Shown: piece by piece, positions 25,031-38,804 of the stretch
Layout of the letters: every line of letters begins with the position of its first letter
Numbering within the stretch: the stretch's first letter is position 1
NCBI GenBank assembly: GCA_973895155.1
Contig: OZ316898.1
Location: forward strand, 9,698,186-9,762,185
Source of the DNA: Marsupella aquatica
Lineage: Eukaryota > Plantae > Marchantiophyta
Length of the DNA stretch: 64,000 bases
Direction: 5' to 3'
The notes under the pieces: model-generated
What the model saw: only the letters and a program-made list of their open reading frames with translations
What the model was told of the DNA's origin: nothing
Database searches by the model: none
Made by a program: the position numbers and the translations under genes

Positions 25031-25261
25031 TCAAAATCCCGATCCATCTGCAAAGACGCGGACGACAAGAGTCCGTGTTGATGATGATGCTCTTCGGCGT
25101 GGTGCTGAATGAACACTAGTAATAGAGGAAGACTCCGACGTTGAAAAATTCAGAACGAGCTCTCTCTCGCTCTCTGTGTTGAAGTCTGCCTTCTGCTCTT
25201 CGTCAATCATCACCCTTGCCTCGTCAATCTTCCTCCAGCTTCGCTTCACTTGCGGTGGCAT
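25031..25261 (-). CDS. Candidate 76-aa small ORF divergent from the RRT1-like gene
   Basis: True ATG in an A-rich context (caaacaaaaaATG), downstream of a CT-rich stretch on the minus strand. No recognisable domain. Confidence 0.2.
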   Translation of the reverse strand: MPPQVKRSWRKIDEARVMIDEEQKADFNTESERELVLNFSTSESSSITSVHSAPRRRASSSTRTLVVRVFADGSGF

Positions 25262-25753
25262 TTTTGTTTGGCTTTGGTTATTTTTGGGCTGTGATTGATC
25301 GATGGATGGATGATTATTGACTTCGCTGCTCTCTGCCGGGGGAAGGAAGTATCTGGGTGAGGTGAGTTGAGAAGCAGCAAAGGCATCATCTGGCGAGAGT
25401 AGTATTGGTGGCAGCGGCAGGAGGGAATCCGGTTTGAGTGTGGCCCTGTGGGGTATTGGGGATGACTTCGCTGCGGAGGTACGAAGCTAGAAGAGAGTTG
25501 AGAGGGAAAGGAGTGCAGTAGTAGTGGACTGGACGCGGCACGAGGGGATCGCGTGAGAGAGGAGGGGAGGGAGGGAGGGAGGGAGGGAGAGGCGGAGAGA
25601 GGGGAGTTGACAAAGTAGTAGGAGCAGTGGTGTGTGTTGTGGGCGAGTAGAGAGAGTGGAAGACAGTCAAAGGTCGGTAGTCAGGGCACAGGACAACAGA
25701 CGAGTGACCAGAGTGAGCTACACGCTCTCGTGTGAGATGTGCACACAGTAGAT

Positions 25754-25756
<3 letters not shown>

Positions 25757-25797
<41 letters not shown>
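25757..25797. repeat. (GA)n microsatellite in the RRT1-like upstream/leader region
   Basis: About 20 perfect GA units in a purine-rich region. GA/CT tracts are typical of plant promoters and 5' UTRs. Confidence 0.9.
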
Positions 25798-25799
<2 letters not shown>

Positions 25800-26859
25800 G
25801 TGGCATTCCGGAGGTTTCAGTGAAGAGACCTGAAGAGAAGAAAATTGAATTGAATTAGGATTTGGATTGAAGTGCAGTGGAGTGGAGGAGAGGGGACGAG
25901 ATTCAGCGGAAGAGAGCAATGTAGAATTCTTTGCCTTGTTTGGTACTGTATTTGTCGTTTTGGTGGCATGATCAGTAGATGAGGCACCTGTCGTGATTCG
26001 ACGACCACGAGGTGGGAGGAGAGAAGCGGTAGAAGTAGACGCTGCTAGGTGACTTCGTCAAAGGCGAGGCCCGTCCCTGGCGGAGTTTCGGGGCCCGTTG
26101 TATGAGAAGAGTTAGACGGGGCCAGCTGGGAGGCGGTCAGTGTTGCGGAGAGAGAAAGAGGAGGGCCTGGAATGTGGAGCTGGACTGAAAGGTCGTGAGG
26201 ATAGGGAAAGAGGAAAGCAAGTGCATTGCCGGACATCTGATGTGGATGAAGCTGATGCCGACAGGACGGCGACGACAATTGGACTAGGCTAGTCGAAACT
26301 AGCAGGGCAGCAACTCGGAGGCGGTCGAGGAGATGAAATGTCGGGAATAGTAGGAAAGGAATGCACACAGGATGATGATAGGATGTGGAGGAGGGTCCAT
26401 AGTTCCTCGATAACATTTTGAGTTTTAGGAGGCAGGGGCCATTAGTTTGAGCATTCCCTCGATTCGGATCCCATCCATTCATCCATTCTTTCCGTCCAAG
26501 CAATTGGTGTGTGAGTAAATTGTATGACTGCCTGCCAGAGCCGGAGGATTCTGAAAGCCAAGCACCATCGTCAGCCTGCTTACTGCAACAGGTCCTCATC
26601 CGGCAGTCTCCTAGTCTGGTTTCCGGTAGGGTGCAGGCCAGGTGACTGATAAGTTGCACAAGGAAGGCTGCACCTTAGGTTCACACGGAGTTTCCGAGTT
26701 GACGTCGTCCTCTTCCGTGGACTTCGGCAGATTTCATGGTTTTGCACCATTTCCAGACTCGACGAAAAAAATTCTGCACAGGTCCATTTGGCCGGTGTTC
26801 TAAACATTGGACTGAGATTGGACTGAGATTGATCTCAGGAAGACGAGGGAGAGGAAACC

Positions 26860-29800
26860 ATGCACACAAAAGGGACCTTGCCGACGTATAACGGCGGCGT
26901 CAATGGGAAATCGAAGGATTGGTGGTATGAGATTGACTTGAAGGCAATAGCGGGTCAAATGAAAGCCAGCCGAATGAGGCCGTCAATGTGGTCGAGATCG
27001 CGGTTGCAGGTGTGGCTTATCCGTGCCTGCACCACCATCTTGCTCTGGACATGCGTTATTCAACTCACTACAGTCAAAGAGTTGTGGCAGCCGCAGATGC
27101 TGCGATCCTGCTTTGACCAGTTCTCTCCTCTGGGCCAACAAAAATTCCTCTCCACGAACTATGTGTCCTCCTCAAGTAAGCCTACCCGCCTCCCCTTTTA
27201 ATCTTCTATCCCTCGGGATTCCTCTGCAGTAGAGTGACTTTTGGGGGAATCCGGGACGATTTTCCGGAGCTTCAATGTGTCTGTCTGTCTTTCTACATGT
27301 TCTTTTTGAATCCTGAATTCCTTTCTCCTTTTGAACTGCGAATACTCTCTAATTCTCCGCGGTGTCTTTGATTCATTCAATCATATTTCTCCACAGCATC
27401 GAGATTGAGTGGACTATGGCATTTCCCAGCCCATCTTACTCCCCTTGCGTTTCATCCCCTCTCCTTAAACCTCAGTTATCATTCATCTCTTTCTTCCAAA
27501 ACAGGTCCCTGAGTTGACCTACTGTTACTCGTCGAATGGGGAATGTTAATCCTCTGTAGAGGCTTTCCTCCATTCTTGACCACCGTTCAAAATAATCTTA
27601 GCTGGTGTATGTTCAGAAAGCCGTCGTAGTGGCTGTGTCCATTGTATGCCTTCTTGTTGAATTGTCTTCGGTGGATCCTTCTATCATAAAATATCTGCCG
27701 GTCTGGACGGTGTCCATTCACCGGACCCATTTCACATCATTTCGGTTCAATCTTTAACTGAAGTCCTCGGTAAGAAATCGGCCGTCAGGGTACGGGAAGT
27801 GTATTGAAGCAAAGAGTGTTGACCTCCACTCCCTGCAAACTATGGGCTGCGGGGTTGAGTAGGATGGAGTAGGCACTCGATGGTGAGGATATGGCGAATT
27901 TGAGAATAACATCCAGGACCCACTGACCCTGGGTCAAAGCTAGTGGAGATGCCCTGTAGCAAGGCACATTTCATTCTCATCATGATGTCTATTCACAGAT
28001 GGTGAGTGCTGGCAATCCGTAGGTCATGTCCACGATAGATACCCCAATGTCAAGGTGGTCCCGTGGACAACTGTCTTTAGTCCCTGCCGCTCGAAAGCAT
28101 TATCATCATTGGACTGACGTTTTAGTTGTGGTTGTGTCTGTGGCCAACTCCCTCGAATTGAACTTAACAGGAGGTCCAGAGTACAAAAGCAACGGCTACC
28201 TCATTGTATCTTGTAACGGCGGACTCAATCAAATGCGCGCTGCCGTAAGACTCCCTTCCTCATCTTCTTCGTCCCGCCCTTGCAAATTTCGTGTCCACTT
28301 TGCACTTGCTCCCGCCAATCGTTGTCTTTCCCGACCGTGCTGCCTGAGCATTCCTGTTGGCGTCCTTTGCTCTGATTTAGGTTGGCTTCACGAAAGTAGG
28401 AGGTGACCCACAGTTTCCTTGACGATTCCTGAAATTTGCTCATTCCTCTCTACTGATTGAATTGCAGATTTGTGACATGGTGGCAATCTCGAAGTACATG
28501 AATGTGACGTTGGTCATCCCACAGCTAGACAAGACCTCATTCTGGCAAGATCCAAGGTGAGATGGCTCATGATTCTGGCGTGATTGATTGAGTGAATGTC
28601 ACCATTGGTTGGTTGGTGATGGTACGTAGCAGTTGTGATAGTTGGGTGCTGTCCTTGTGCTACTGCCTGCCACCTAGGAGTAACTCACAGACATAGTAGT
28701 AACTCACAGACAGCCCAGTCATGACTACTACCTCGTTCTTTGGCCGACCGTTTGTGTTGTCAATGATGCCATTTTTGGAGTCTCACGCGCTCTTTGTTTC
28801 CAATCCGCTGAGGTGGATGTCCCCTTCTTCCTCTTTTCCGTTCGTGCAAAGCGTTTGAGAACTTTTTAATGATGGGCATTTCGTTGCCATTGTACGTTCC
28901 GTTCATTGGTCTTGCGTGCTGGTAGGTGATGAGTCTGTACCGCCTCTCGTTCTCTCTCTCTCTAGCTCCGGTGTCCATGATCCGACTCAAGTTGCAGTGC
29001 CGGAATTTGTGGTCAGTTGCTGGGGAATTCGCGGCCTGTCTCCTGAATCTAGTAGGTCATTCGTCAAGTTTGTTTCACTCCTGTGTCAGTCAGATTCTCT
29101 CAAACCTCATCCTGACAAGAAGGGTGTAAAGGACTGATCTCCAGACTTATGATTTCTTTGAGGTCCTGTCCTTCCGGCTCAATCCCTATGCTATGCTCGT
29201 CCTCATGTTGGCTGTTCCGACTGCTTGATTGTTTGAGAGTGCAATTCTGCGACGTGCCAACGCAAATCTTGCTTCATGCTCGAGTGAGTAATCACTCTGT
29301 ATAGAACTCTTCTGAGCATTTTATGGGTGTGTCAACGGCAGTGACTTCGGAGACATTTTCGATGTGGATTATTTCATATCGTCCCTGAAAGAAGACGTGC
29401 GCATTGTGAGGGAGCTTCCCAACGAGCACGCAACGCCGGGATATGACCAATACTTTGGACTGCCCCCAAAGAGCTGGTCGAATGAGATATACTATTCTAA
29501 TCAGGTACCCATCGTACATATTCAAATGTCAACTCTGCGCATTTGGTGAGGAAACCTAAAAGCATACTATACACACTATACGGCAGACATGGAGTTTGTT
29601 GCAGAGATTTAAAGGTGTTGCGTTTGAATCACTGTGGTGGAAGTCCGACTCACTTGTATCCTCAGAAAGCTCATGGACTGTTTGTTTGGAGTATTGCAGA
29701 TTTTGCCCTTAATTAAAGAGCATGAAGTTCTGCGACTCAATAAGACGGATTCCCGGCTGGCCAATAATGGCCTGCCCCTGGCCATGCAGAAGATGCGGTG

Positions 29801-31328
29801 CCGTGTGAATTACCATTCACTTCGGTTCACTCCTCGCATTGAGGAATTAGGGCAACGCTTAGTACAGATTTTGCGCGCAAAAGGCCCTTTTCTTGTGCTC
29901 CACCTTAGGTATGAGATGGACATGTTGGCATTCTCTGGGTGCACGCACGGCTGCACTGAAGACGAAGCTGACGACCTCACGCGAATGAGGTAAGAGTCCA
30001 ATATACCCACTGATTAACTCTTGTCTATTATAGCTACAGCTACGATCCATATGATTGAGCTACCAGCTATACCTCGACAGTAGGGATTATCTACTTACAT
30101 GAGTATCGAGAGATCCTTCTTCACTTAATTCTTCAGTTTGAGAGTCCTTCGTATGACATGTTTGGGGTATTTTGCAGGTATGCTTATCCGTGGTGGAAAG
30201 AAAAGGTGATTGGGTCGGATAAGAAGAGGAGAGATGGCCATTGCCCACTTACCCCTGAAGAAACAGCCTTGGTCTTAAGGGCGTTGGGTTATGAACGGGA
30301 AACGCAAATCTACATTGCCGCCGGAGAAATTTATGGGAATGATAGAAGAATGGCATCCCTGTACGAAGCCTTTCCTAATGTGGTAAGTACTACTGTGCAT
30401 CTTGACGACCTCTGTTGATCCAGATTGTTTGGACAGAGTTGTGTTTCTTTGTAAACCCTTTGGCTCACTTTCACAAGCATATGTCGATACGTTGCCTTCC
30501 CCTTTTGTAGTGATTTCTCAGGGGCCCCCTTGCCTTGCACTGTCCATGAAAAGAATTCTCCTTGTATGCATTTCAGATTTTGAAACCAAAGTTGTGATTT
30601 CTTTTCAACAGGTACGGAAGGAAATGCTTTTAAGTAAGGAAGAGTTGAGACCGTTTGTGAATCGATCATCCCAAATGGCAGCACTTGATTATTTGGTGTC
30701 ACTGGCAAGTGATGTCTTTGTCCCTACATATGATGGTAACATGGCCAAGGTTGTGGAAGGTCATCGCAGGTCAGCGCCCTCTCTCGTCATATGTCCTATG
30801 GCAAGATTTATTTTGTGTCACTGATCTGAGTAGCTTCTAGTTCTGCAATGTAGGTAGCAAAGATCCAACACCTTTGGTACATGAATTAAAAATCTCAAAA
30901 ACTAGTTGAAATGATTGAAGAATCGCGATCGAATGGAAGAAACCATCGATAAGATTGTAAGTATGCCTCTCTGGGAGGACCACCAAGATCACTGGTCTCA
31001 TTGATTTTTGTCCGCGGCTCAATTTGAATCCAATCTGATCGAATATTTGTTGCGACTTCTCAGATATCTGGGTTTTCGGACAACAGTCCTCTTAGATCGC
31101 AGAAGACTGGTGGAGCTGCTTGACCAGTATGAGAGCGGCCTTTTACATTGGGATGAGTTTGCTCTTGCCGTAAGACATGCGCATGAGGGTCGAATGGGTA
31201 CACCTATGAAGAGGCGGGTTGTTACTGGAAAACCCAAGGAGGAAGACTATTTCTATTCCAATCCTGAGGAATGTATATGTGAAGAGAGTTCAGCCGAAAG
31301 CACTGATACTCCTAGTTTGTCTTTGTAA
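26860..31328 (+). CDS. RRT1: Rhamnogalacturonan-I rhamnosyltransferase (GT106 / O-fucosyltransferase family), 519 aa
   Basis: Exons 26860-27175, 28171-28244, 28468-28556, 29342-29504, 29700-29989, 30178-30382, 30612-30769, 31064-31328 (1560 nt, all GT-AG, phases consistent). N-terminal anchor [24 protein letters not shown]. Motifs [77 protein letters not shown] and [15 protein letters not shown] are characteristic of the RRT clade. Confidence 0.95.
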
Positions 31329-32748
31329 GCAGTGACCACTCTGATGACATATAATTCTTCTTTCGCATCCATTCCTGGCCTTTTTGGCCATGAAATTCTT
31401 CTCTGAAGGACGCCGAACATCCTCACCTTCATCGCCATTTTAGACCCATCAATGTGTCGGCTGATTCATTGACCAAGCCTGCGAGATTTCTCTTGCCTAT
31501 TCTTTGTACAGGCTGATTGATATAACCAATCAGCAACCATGGGAAGAAACAAATGGAAACTACTGTGTGGTATTTGCTTCGTTCAGTCCTCCTGGTGCTG
31601 GTCTCCAATCAAGATGTGAGGCAGTTATTGGAACAGGTGGAATATTCATCGAATATGGGTTCTCAAAGTGAACTACATGTGGATCAGGAGGGCTTGGGTA
31701 GCTACGCCTGACAAAGATCACGAGCCCTAACAGGTTAAAGTGGAGCTTGCCCTTCCAATAGCTGGAGTTGAAGAAGGTATACATTTAAGATATACTACAA
31801 CAGTGCCAGTCTGTAAGTAGCAGTGATCATGCGGCAGAAGCTTCACCATTCTTGCCAGGGTATTTTCAAAATGTTGATAAAAATGATGAGCACCTAGCAA
31901 ATGTCGCGCATCAAGGAAGTCAGCAAGGAGGTGCTTTTCCTTACCACGTGGTAGTGATGTATTGGAGGCAACTACATTATCAGTATCCGGAGAGCACTTC
32001 CTAGCGGTTTGTGATTCCGTCACCAATCAAATTTCCTCACCTGAATCTGCTTCAAGCTGTGGTGCTAGATCAGAACTTCTATTAGCAGTGAGTTCTAGGC
32101 ATTTGGACAAAATAGCATTATTATTCTGGGAGGCCTTTCAGCCAGCCTCCCCTCAGAAGTCTTTCCATTCTAGGCATGTCAGATTTCTCTGTACTTCTTT
32201 CAACTAGTAAGAAAATTCGTTAAAGGAATTTCTTTCTGATTTGAGAGAGGTTTACAGAGATGGGCCTTGGTAGATCATAATTACTGAAGCCTGCTATATC
32301 TCTGTACACTAACGAAGCTTGCATATAGACCTCCAGCTAGCTTGGCAGTAGATTTGCCTACTTGCCACTTGCCACTTGCCACAGAGGAGTTGTTCTGAGG
32401 AGCTTGCTAGGAAGAAGCAAGTAGCAAAATAATCACCGGAGGCAGAGAGAGAATGTTTCAGGAGTGGATATTTATCCAACCATTCCTGTAAGCGAAAGGT
32501 TTTCTCATTATGTTTGTACTACCGGATCATGTCCAAGTTTTGGTTTGGAATGACGGACACGTTTCCACACAGCAAAATGTCGTGGAGTATTCTTTGCACC
32601 TTGCCTCGTATCAGACTATTGTCTGTCTTGGATCTTATGGAATTCCTCAACTTATTGCCGGTCTCCTGTTGTATGTCAAACCTAGTTACTCGCATGAGGT
32701 TCTTACCAGATGGATCGAATGCTGTTGAATTTGTACACGCAGTTGTGA

Positions 32749-32808
32749 GCGTTAGAATCTTTTGAGTTGACATGGGTCGCGTTAGAATCTTTTGAGTTGA
32801 CATGGGTC
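32749..32808. repeat. Perfect 30-bp tandem duplication
   Basis: gcgttagaatcttttgagttgacatgggtc occurs twice in tandem. Confidence 0.95.
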
Positions 32809-33534
32809 AGGATTGATGAGAAATCAGACAAGAAAGCGTAACGTTCCAGGCACTTCCAGCACTAGTGGATACATTGCATTGTGATCTCACATCAGGAGAG
32901 GCATGACAAAGCAACGTTCCAAGCACTCGAAAACATATTGTCCAATCTCGAAGAATGGAAGTCGTGACCTGGAGAGCGGATTTACCGTCCCCAGATTCAC
33001 TACTGCAGGATTCCCGCTGCAGCGCATGCTCCACACTATAGCACGGCGACCTGTAATTACGTAATTGAATTGCGGGGGCCGCTGGTGGGGGTTGGACCGC
33101 GGATCTTCAGTGGCATGATTCACTGTTCAAGATTTCACTGCAGCTTTTGGAACAGGTTGGATTCAGAAAGTATCCCTCTGCATCTGGAGGATTTCAAGGA
33201 AAAGTCACGAACCCAAGTCACTTGTATGTCGATAGAATGACGTGAATCGATTAATTGATTTTGGCGTGTACCTGTAGAGCGTGCATGGTGGACAGCCTGG
33301 ACTTTGTCCCCCATGTCCGTGCATTTAGTGAACCTCGAGGAGGTGACGCGACTACACCGAATAAAGTATGAAAACAGACCCCCAAAAGTGGACACTACAG
33401 TAGTAGACCCGGAAGGCTCGACATGATTGTCGCAAAAACAGGAGCACACTGTGAATAGTGGGAAACCTCGCAGAAAACATACTGTCAAAAAAACCTGTGC
33501 TGAGGGCTTTCTCCTACAGTAGATTCCACGAGTG

Positions 33535-33920
33535 AGCAATCCGATGAAATTGGTCAAATTCTACAAACATTTGGAAACATCGGATTCCCAAAGGGCTTGC
33601 TTCCACAATTTCATGAGAGAGCAATCCGATTAAATTGGTCGAATTTTACAAACAATTGGAAACCTTGGACCTCAAAGGGACTTGCTTGTACATTGGATTC
33701 GATGAGTTCAACACAAGGAAAATTGGTCAAATTCTACAAACCACTTGAGTGGGAGTCAGCTCAGGTCAGGGTACAGCTTACAGAGAACATACTAACTGTC
33801 AAAAGGAGCCTATGGTGAGGACTTGCCAAGTTCCATAACATTGGTCAAATTTTATCATCAATTGGGTACCTTGGACCTTAAATACACAATGCAAACCACT
33901 GAGTGGGGCCTGGTGCTCAG
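33535..33920. repeat. Degenerate ~85-120-bp tandem repeat
   Basis: attggtc.aatt.ta recurs near 33548, 33632, 33720 and 33840, with shared downstream blocks. Confidence 0.7.
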
Positions 33921-35199
33921 CCCAGATAAGCGTTAACGTTTTCAATTTTTGGCTAGTGTCACCTTGAGTAGACATTGAGTAAAATTTTCTTACACTAGCC
34001 AAAGTTCAATCCTGAATTAGACAGTTTTGCCGCTCAAGTGGCTTGAGGTGAGTTGTGACAAGCATGTCTCAAGTTGAATGTCCGCAGACCAGACAACTCT
34101 GCTCCACCTTCAACTGTGACCAGTAGGTCTCAAGTCCAATCCCTGGACGGTTTTGCTCTAGTTTAATCTGTGATCAAAAGGTCTCGGGTTTAATCCGCAA
34201 CCGGGCAGTTCTGCTCTAGCTTCAGCTTTAGTTGACAATGGATTCTGCTCCACATGACTGGTTTAATCTGTTGTGAGTCACACGGGCTTGTAGTGCTTTA
34301 TATGAAAAAAATACAGAAATGTTATTCCAGTGGCTTTCCCATCTAGCGGTTTTTCCTTACTTACAACGAAGCATGTGGCTGATACCTTTATCATTGGTTT
34401 CTTCAAAAATTCAATTCACCTTTGAGAATATCATGGTTTGTTCCAATTCTATCTTCATAAACTACAGGGATCCGCTGGGACATAAAAGCCTGTCCAGATT
34501 TATCCATGTGATCAAAACAACCTCATCTCACTAGTTAAAGAACTAGAATTATGACATTGTGTTGTGCAAACAAACCGCGGTTCAAAAGAGCAATGGATAA
34601 ACAACACATTTTACAATCTGGCCCATGTTTGGGTACTGTTAGCAGTGGACCCGTGCTCTTTTATCTTTGCTCAACTAATTTGGGTAGTGTACTCATGCTC
34701 AGCTAATTTTAGGATCGGACCCATGCTAGACTGATTTTAGCAATGGACCAATGCTCGATCAGCTAGTTTAGGAGAGGACCCATGCTTCACTGTTCAATTC
34801 ATGGATGACAGTTTTCCCAATGGCAGGGCTATTTTGGTGTGCACTGGTGGGAGGTGCTCTTACTACACTTAATGCTCTTACTGATTTTTTTGTTTCTGCA
34901 ATTTTCAGGACATTTCCAAAAAGAATACATAGTCAAGGGTTTTATTTTATCAACTCATTACAAAAATTCTCCTTTACCTTTGCTTAAACTAGTAAAAATA
35001 AGAATTTCTTAGGTCTTTTAGTGTGTTAAGATCCAGCTACCAGAGGATTACGTACAATAATTGCCCCTCATAACTCGAGCTATCTTCTATCACAATGTCC
35101 CTGTAAACACCATCACCTTACTATATACATATCCATCCCGCCCTCACTTGCCTTTAAACATTCGCCACCGGGGCGCATTTTAAAGAATGCCTTTAAAAA

Positions 35200-35685
35200 C
35201 TACCCTGGCCTGCCCACTTCCTTGCCCCACCAATTATCACTCTCACGAAGCCCCTCGTGCCCGGCACTTCCTCATGTATTGGGACCAATCACACTGGGTC
35301 ACCTGTCTCACTCTCAGCTGCAGCTCTGTCCGCCCCTTCCCTGCCCGAGTATAAGTCCCCCCCTCCCTTCCTCCCTGTCCCTGCCCGTCCACTTTCACCT
35401 CTGCCGTTCCCCTGCCCGCCCATTCCCTGCCACGCGTCGCCCCCGCCATAGCTCCTATCCTTGCCCGTCGCCTTTCAGCTCTGCCCGCCATGTCCCTGCC
35501 CGAGTAAGTCCCTCCCTTTCTCCATAATTATCCCCTCCCGTTCCCATCTCAGCTCTGCCCGCCCCTTCCCTGCCCCGCGTCACTCCCGCCATAGCTCCCC
35601 TCCTTGCCCGTGGCCTCTCAGCTCTGCCCGCCGCTTCCCTGCCCGAGTCTGTTCCCGTCCCTTCTCCCTTCTCCCGTCCCGGTAA
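35200..35685. repeat. C-rich internally repetitive element (CCTGCCC motifs)
   Basis: Recurrent cagctctgcccgcc, ccctgcccgagt and cgccatagctcc blocks. Related motif clusters occur elsewhere in the window. Confidence 0.7.
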
Positions 35686-36734
35686 TATCCCTCGATTCGT
35701 TTGTGGTTGCGGCCCTGGAAGCGAATATATAATTATATTATTATTGTGGAGAAATGGCGAGTCAGAACAGGAGGACACGGTGGGCAGCGGACACGTTGGA
35801 GCCCTTATTTTTTTTCCACCTCTGTGGAGCGATATGGACCTCAAAATGATGGTCTTCTCCGTCCCTGGGTGTAGCTTGCTGGAAAATTCATCTTTTAACA
35901 ATCACTAGGGTCCTACCCCCAAAAGTGATGGTTCCTGGGCTAAAAATCATGGTTCCCTCCCTCCCTCCCTTGGTGTAGCTTGCTGGAAAAAATCATTTAT
36001 TAGGGAGTCCCAATCTTTTTACTTCTCCTTCGTAGTCAGGGCTATTGACCCCCAAAAATTGCGGCCGAAACTACAGCCGGGACGTGGTTTATGGCCATGT
36101 GTAAACAATGGAGGTTGAACTTTGACAGGGCTTGCAACGAGTTGGCCTGCCGTGTGTGAAAACACCCGGGCAAAAAAGTGTGGTAGCCAACTCTGTGTCC
36201 CACACCACAATGTCTCGGCCTGACCGAAGTCCTGCATTGTTCAACGTTTGAGAAGCCCTATTACAATCACTGGAGTCCTACTCTAAAAATCATGGTTCTC
36301 TCTGGAAAATCATTTATTGCAATCACCGGAGTCCTCTCAAAATCATGGTATTCTCCCTCCTTGGGTGTAGCTTGCTTGATTCATTTATTTGGGGTGAACT
36401 GCAATTTTTCCAAGTGTCAAATCTTTTGTGCCCAAGTCTTAGGTGAACCCCACTTTGGGATGGGGTTTGTAGAAAAATTAGTCTACTAATGACACTTGAA
36501 CTTGGAACCTCACTTGCTGCAATGAGTATTACTACTGCTGGGGCACTAGGCTATGCTAGTTGGGATGACTATTGTTGAACCAATACTGCACTTATCTGTA
36601 TCCATGCTGACAGGTAGTGTAGGAAAATGTGATGACATAAACCTTTATGCCTTCACCTCCTTTGGGAAATGACAAAGCTTAAGTCATACTCTTTTACACT
36701 TGGCATCCAACATCATCCATCCAGGAGCATTGAT

Positions 36735-36890
36735 CCAGCAGCAGCAGGGGATCCAACATCAGCAGCAGCAAGGTGGCAGCAGCAAGCATATGGAGAGGCT
36801 CAACTTTAAGCTTCAATTTGCAGCATTGAGCTCAAGTAGCAGCATTAATAAGAGCTTTTGGCAGTAGTCAGCAGCAGCATCTAGCAGCAT
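36735..36890. repeat. Degenerate (CAG)n / AGCA low-complexity tract
   Basis: Short interrupted CAG runs with no ORF. Confidence 0.55.
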
Positions 36891-38804
36891 TGATCAAGAG
36901 CATTTTACTGGAGTCACAGTGATTTTTATTTTTTGACTAAAAGGTTTTTTCAAACACTACTTTTAAGGTAACTCAAAATTTAAAGCTACAAGGCTAATTG
37001 GCCTTTCTTTTTTTCATATGATGCTTACATGGCAAGCTCTAATAGGTAAAAAAAAATGGGTTTCTTAGAAACAAAAGCGTGGATGGACCGAGACATTGTC
37101 CCTGCCCATCCCCGTGGACTGTGTAAGCCAATCCTTGCTTTTACACCGAAAAGAAAAAGGAACCTATTGCAGATCACAGTTAACTACTTTGATTACCTTG
37201 GGGAGAAAGTAGTCAAGACATCATGGTGATCTTGAGTAATGACATGACGTCTTCAAGGTTGTCCAGTTACCAAGGAAACCGGCTAGGTATTGTAATTGAA
37301 ACCTGTTGCAAATGATAAGGAGACAGTTTACAGGTCACATTTAAATCAAAAGTGTAAACAATGTTATCTAAATCCAGTTTAAATAATTAAAGATTCCAAG
37401 CAGGTCCATCCAAGCTTTGCCAGTGCATCTGGGCTTCAGTTTAGGGTTTCTCGAGACTGCAAGTTACTGTGTAACATGCATTGCATGACATTCATTGCAC
37501 TGTAAAGGTCGGCGCAGGGGAGGGCAACACTTGGGGGAAGTGCCTGAAAAGCTGCGCTGACTTTCAACAAGGGCTGCTGTGATCTGTGGGACCATTAATA
37601 ATATTTCGGTTGTCCACAGCTCAGGACTTGCATTCTGAATGAGACCCACAATGCGCAACAGAACGATGGTGTCGCTCAGGGCAGGGCTGACTGGCTGATG
37701 AGTGAGCTGCAAGGAAAGTATTACGAAAGAAGGTGGCTGGAGCGGATGAGATCGTTAATTACGGAATAACATCGCAGCCTTCTGTCATGATTGTTCTGCA
37801 CTTCAGCTGCTGACGTACCTTGGCACCTTGCTGTGGACATCAGAAGTGTGTGTCATGGTCTGGAGCGGAGAGAGTGACTGCGATTTGAGTGGTGGCCTGG
37901 TTCTCAGAGCGGAGTCTCCTGTCCAGCTTAATTAACGGAATTGAAGAAGGAAGAGAGGAGGTGAGGACAGTTGGAAACAGAAGGAAGGAACAACGGAAGT
38001 GAGGAACGCGAGGGAGACAACTGGACCGTGCTTCTCTCCAGTCGGGCACAGCGCATTGTAGGTAAATTGTCAGCTTGGTGCCATTTCATTCCTGTTTCTG
38101 GGAGTGAGCTCACGGATTTGGCTCCCAAGTACATCTATGGTGGAATGAATCAGGACATTGAAGAGGAAACTGGGTTTGCAGAGTTTCTTAATTGTAAATG
38201 ATTATGATTCATCTGCGGTCGAAGGTCAGCACATCGACTACGGACTGATTTGCTGGGTGGTTTTGCAAGCAGGGCCGTGAACGTTGTACGCTGTGGTGCT
38301 TTCCGGGGTTGCTGGGAAGGAAGGCATTGGGAATTGGAGCATGAAGGGTTTCAGTGCTGGGTTCAGGTGGGGCAACTCAGAAATGGAGCAAGGTTGGGAG
38401 CAGGGTAGCTCATCTATGATTATCATTGTACGACTAGAAGGCTCTACTGGATAGGCTTTTGGCGTGGAATATATGGAACATGTACGAAGGAGCACATTTA
38501 TATCTCATTTGGGCTGCGTTGCTAGATTGGATTTTCATCGGTCTGTTGCCTGAATCGGCCTGTGGATTCGTAAAGCGGGGAGGTTCTGGGGAGTCCAACA
38601 CAGCATGATAGTGGCTCGGGGATTTAGTGAATCGACAAAGATATTTGGATCTGCAGGTTGTGTTTGGGAACTGGAAATGTGCTTCTCCACCAGTTCTGAA
38701 GGTGTGGGCGTCAGCTCCCGTTGGTATTGTCATGATTGCCGAGGATCTCGTCTGTCGAGATCTTGTTGTTCGCCTGGGATTGTGAAGCATTATTGGAGAC
38801 AAAG

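Noticed and set aside
25386-26659. Long minus-strand ORFs (177 and 204 aa)
   Set aside because: They are low-complexity translations of GA/purine-rich upstream sequence, mostly with non-ATG starts and no domain.
31500-33560. Cluster of 60-140-aa ORFs downstream of the RRT1-like gene
   Set aside because: I found no consistent exon chain or recognisable motif. It is more likely 3' UTR or intergenic sequence.
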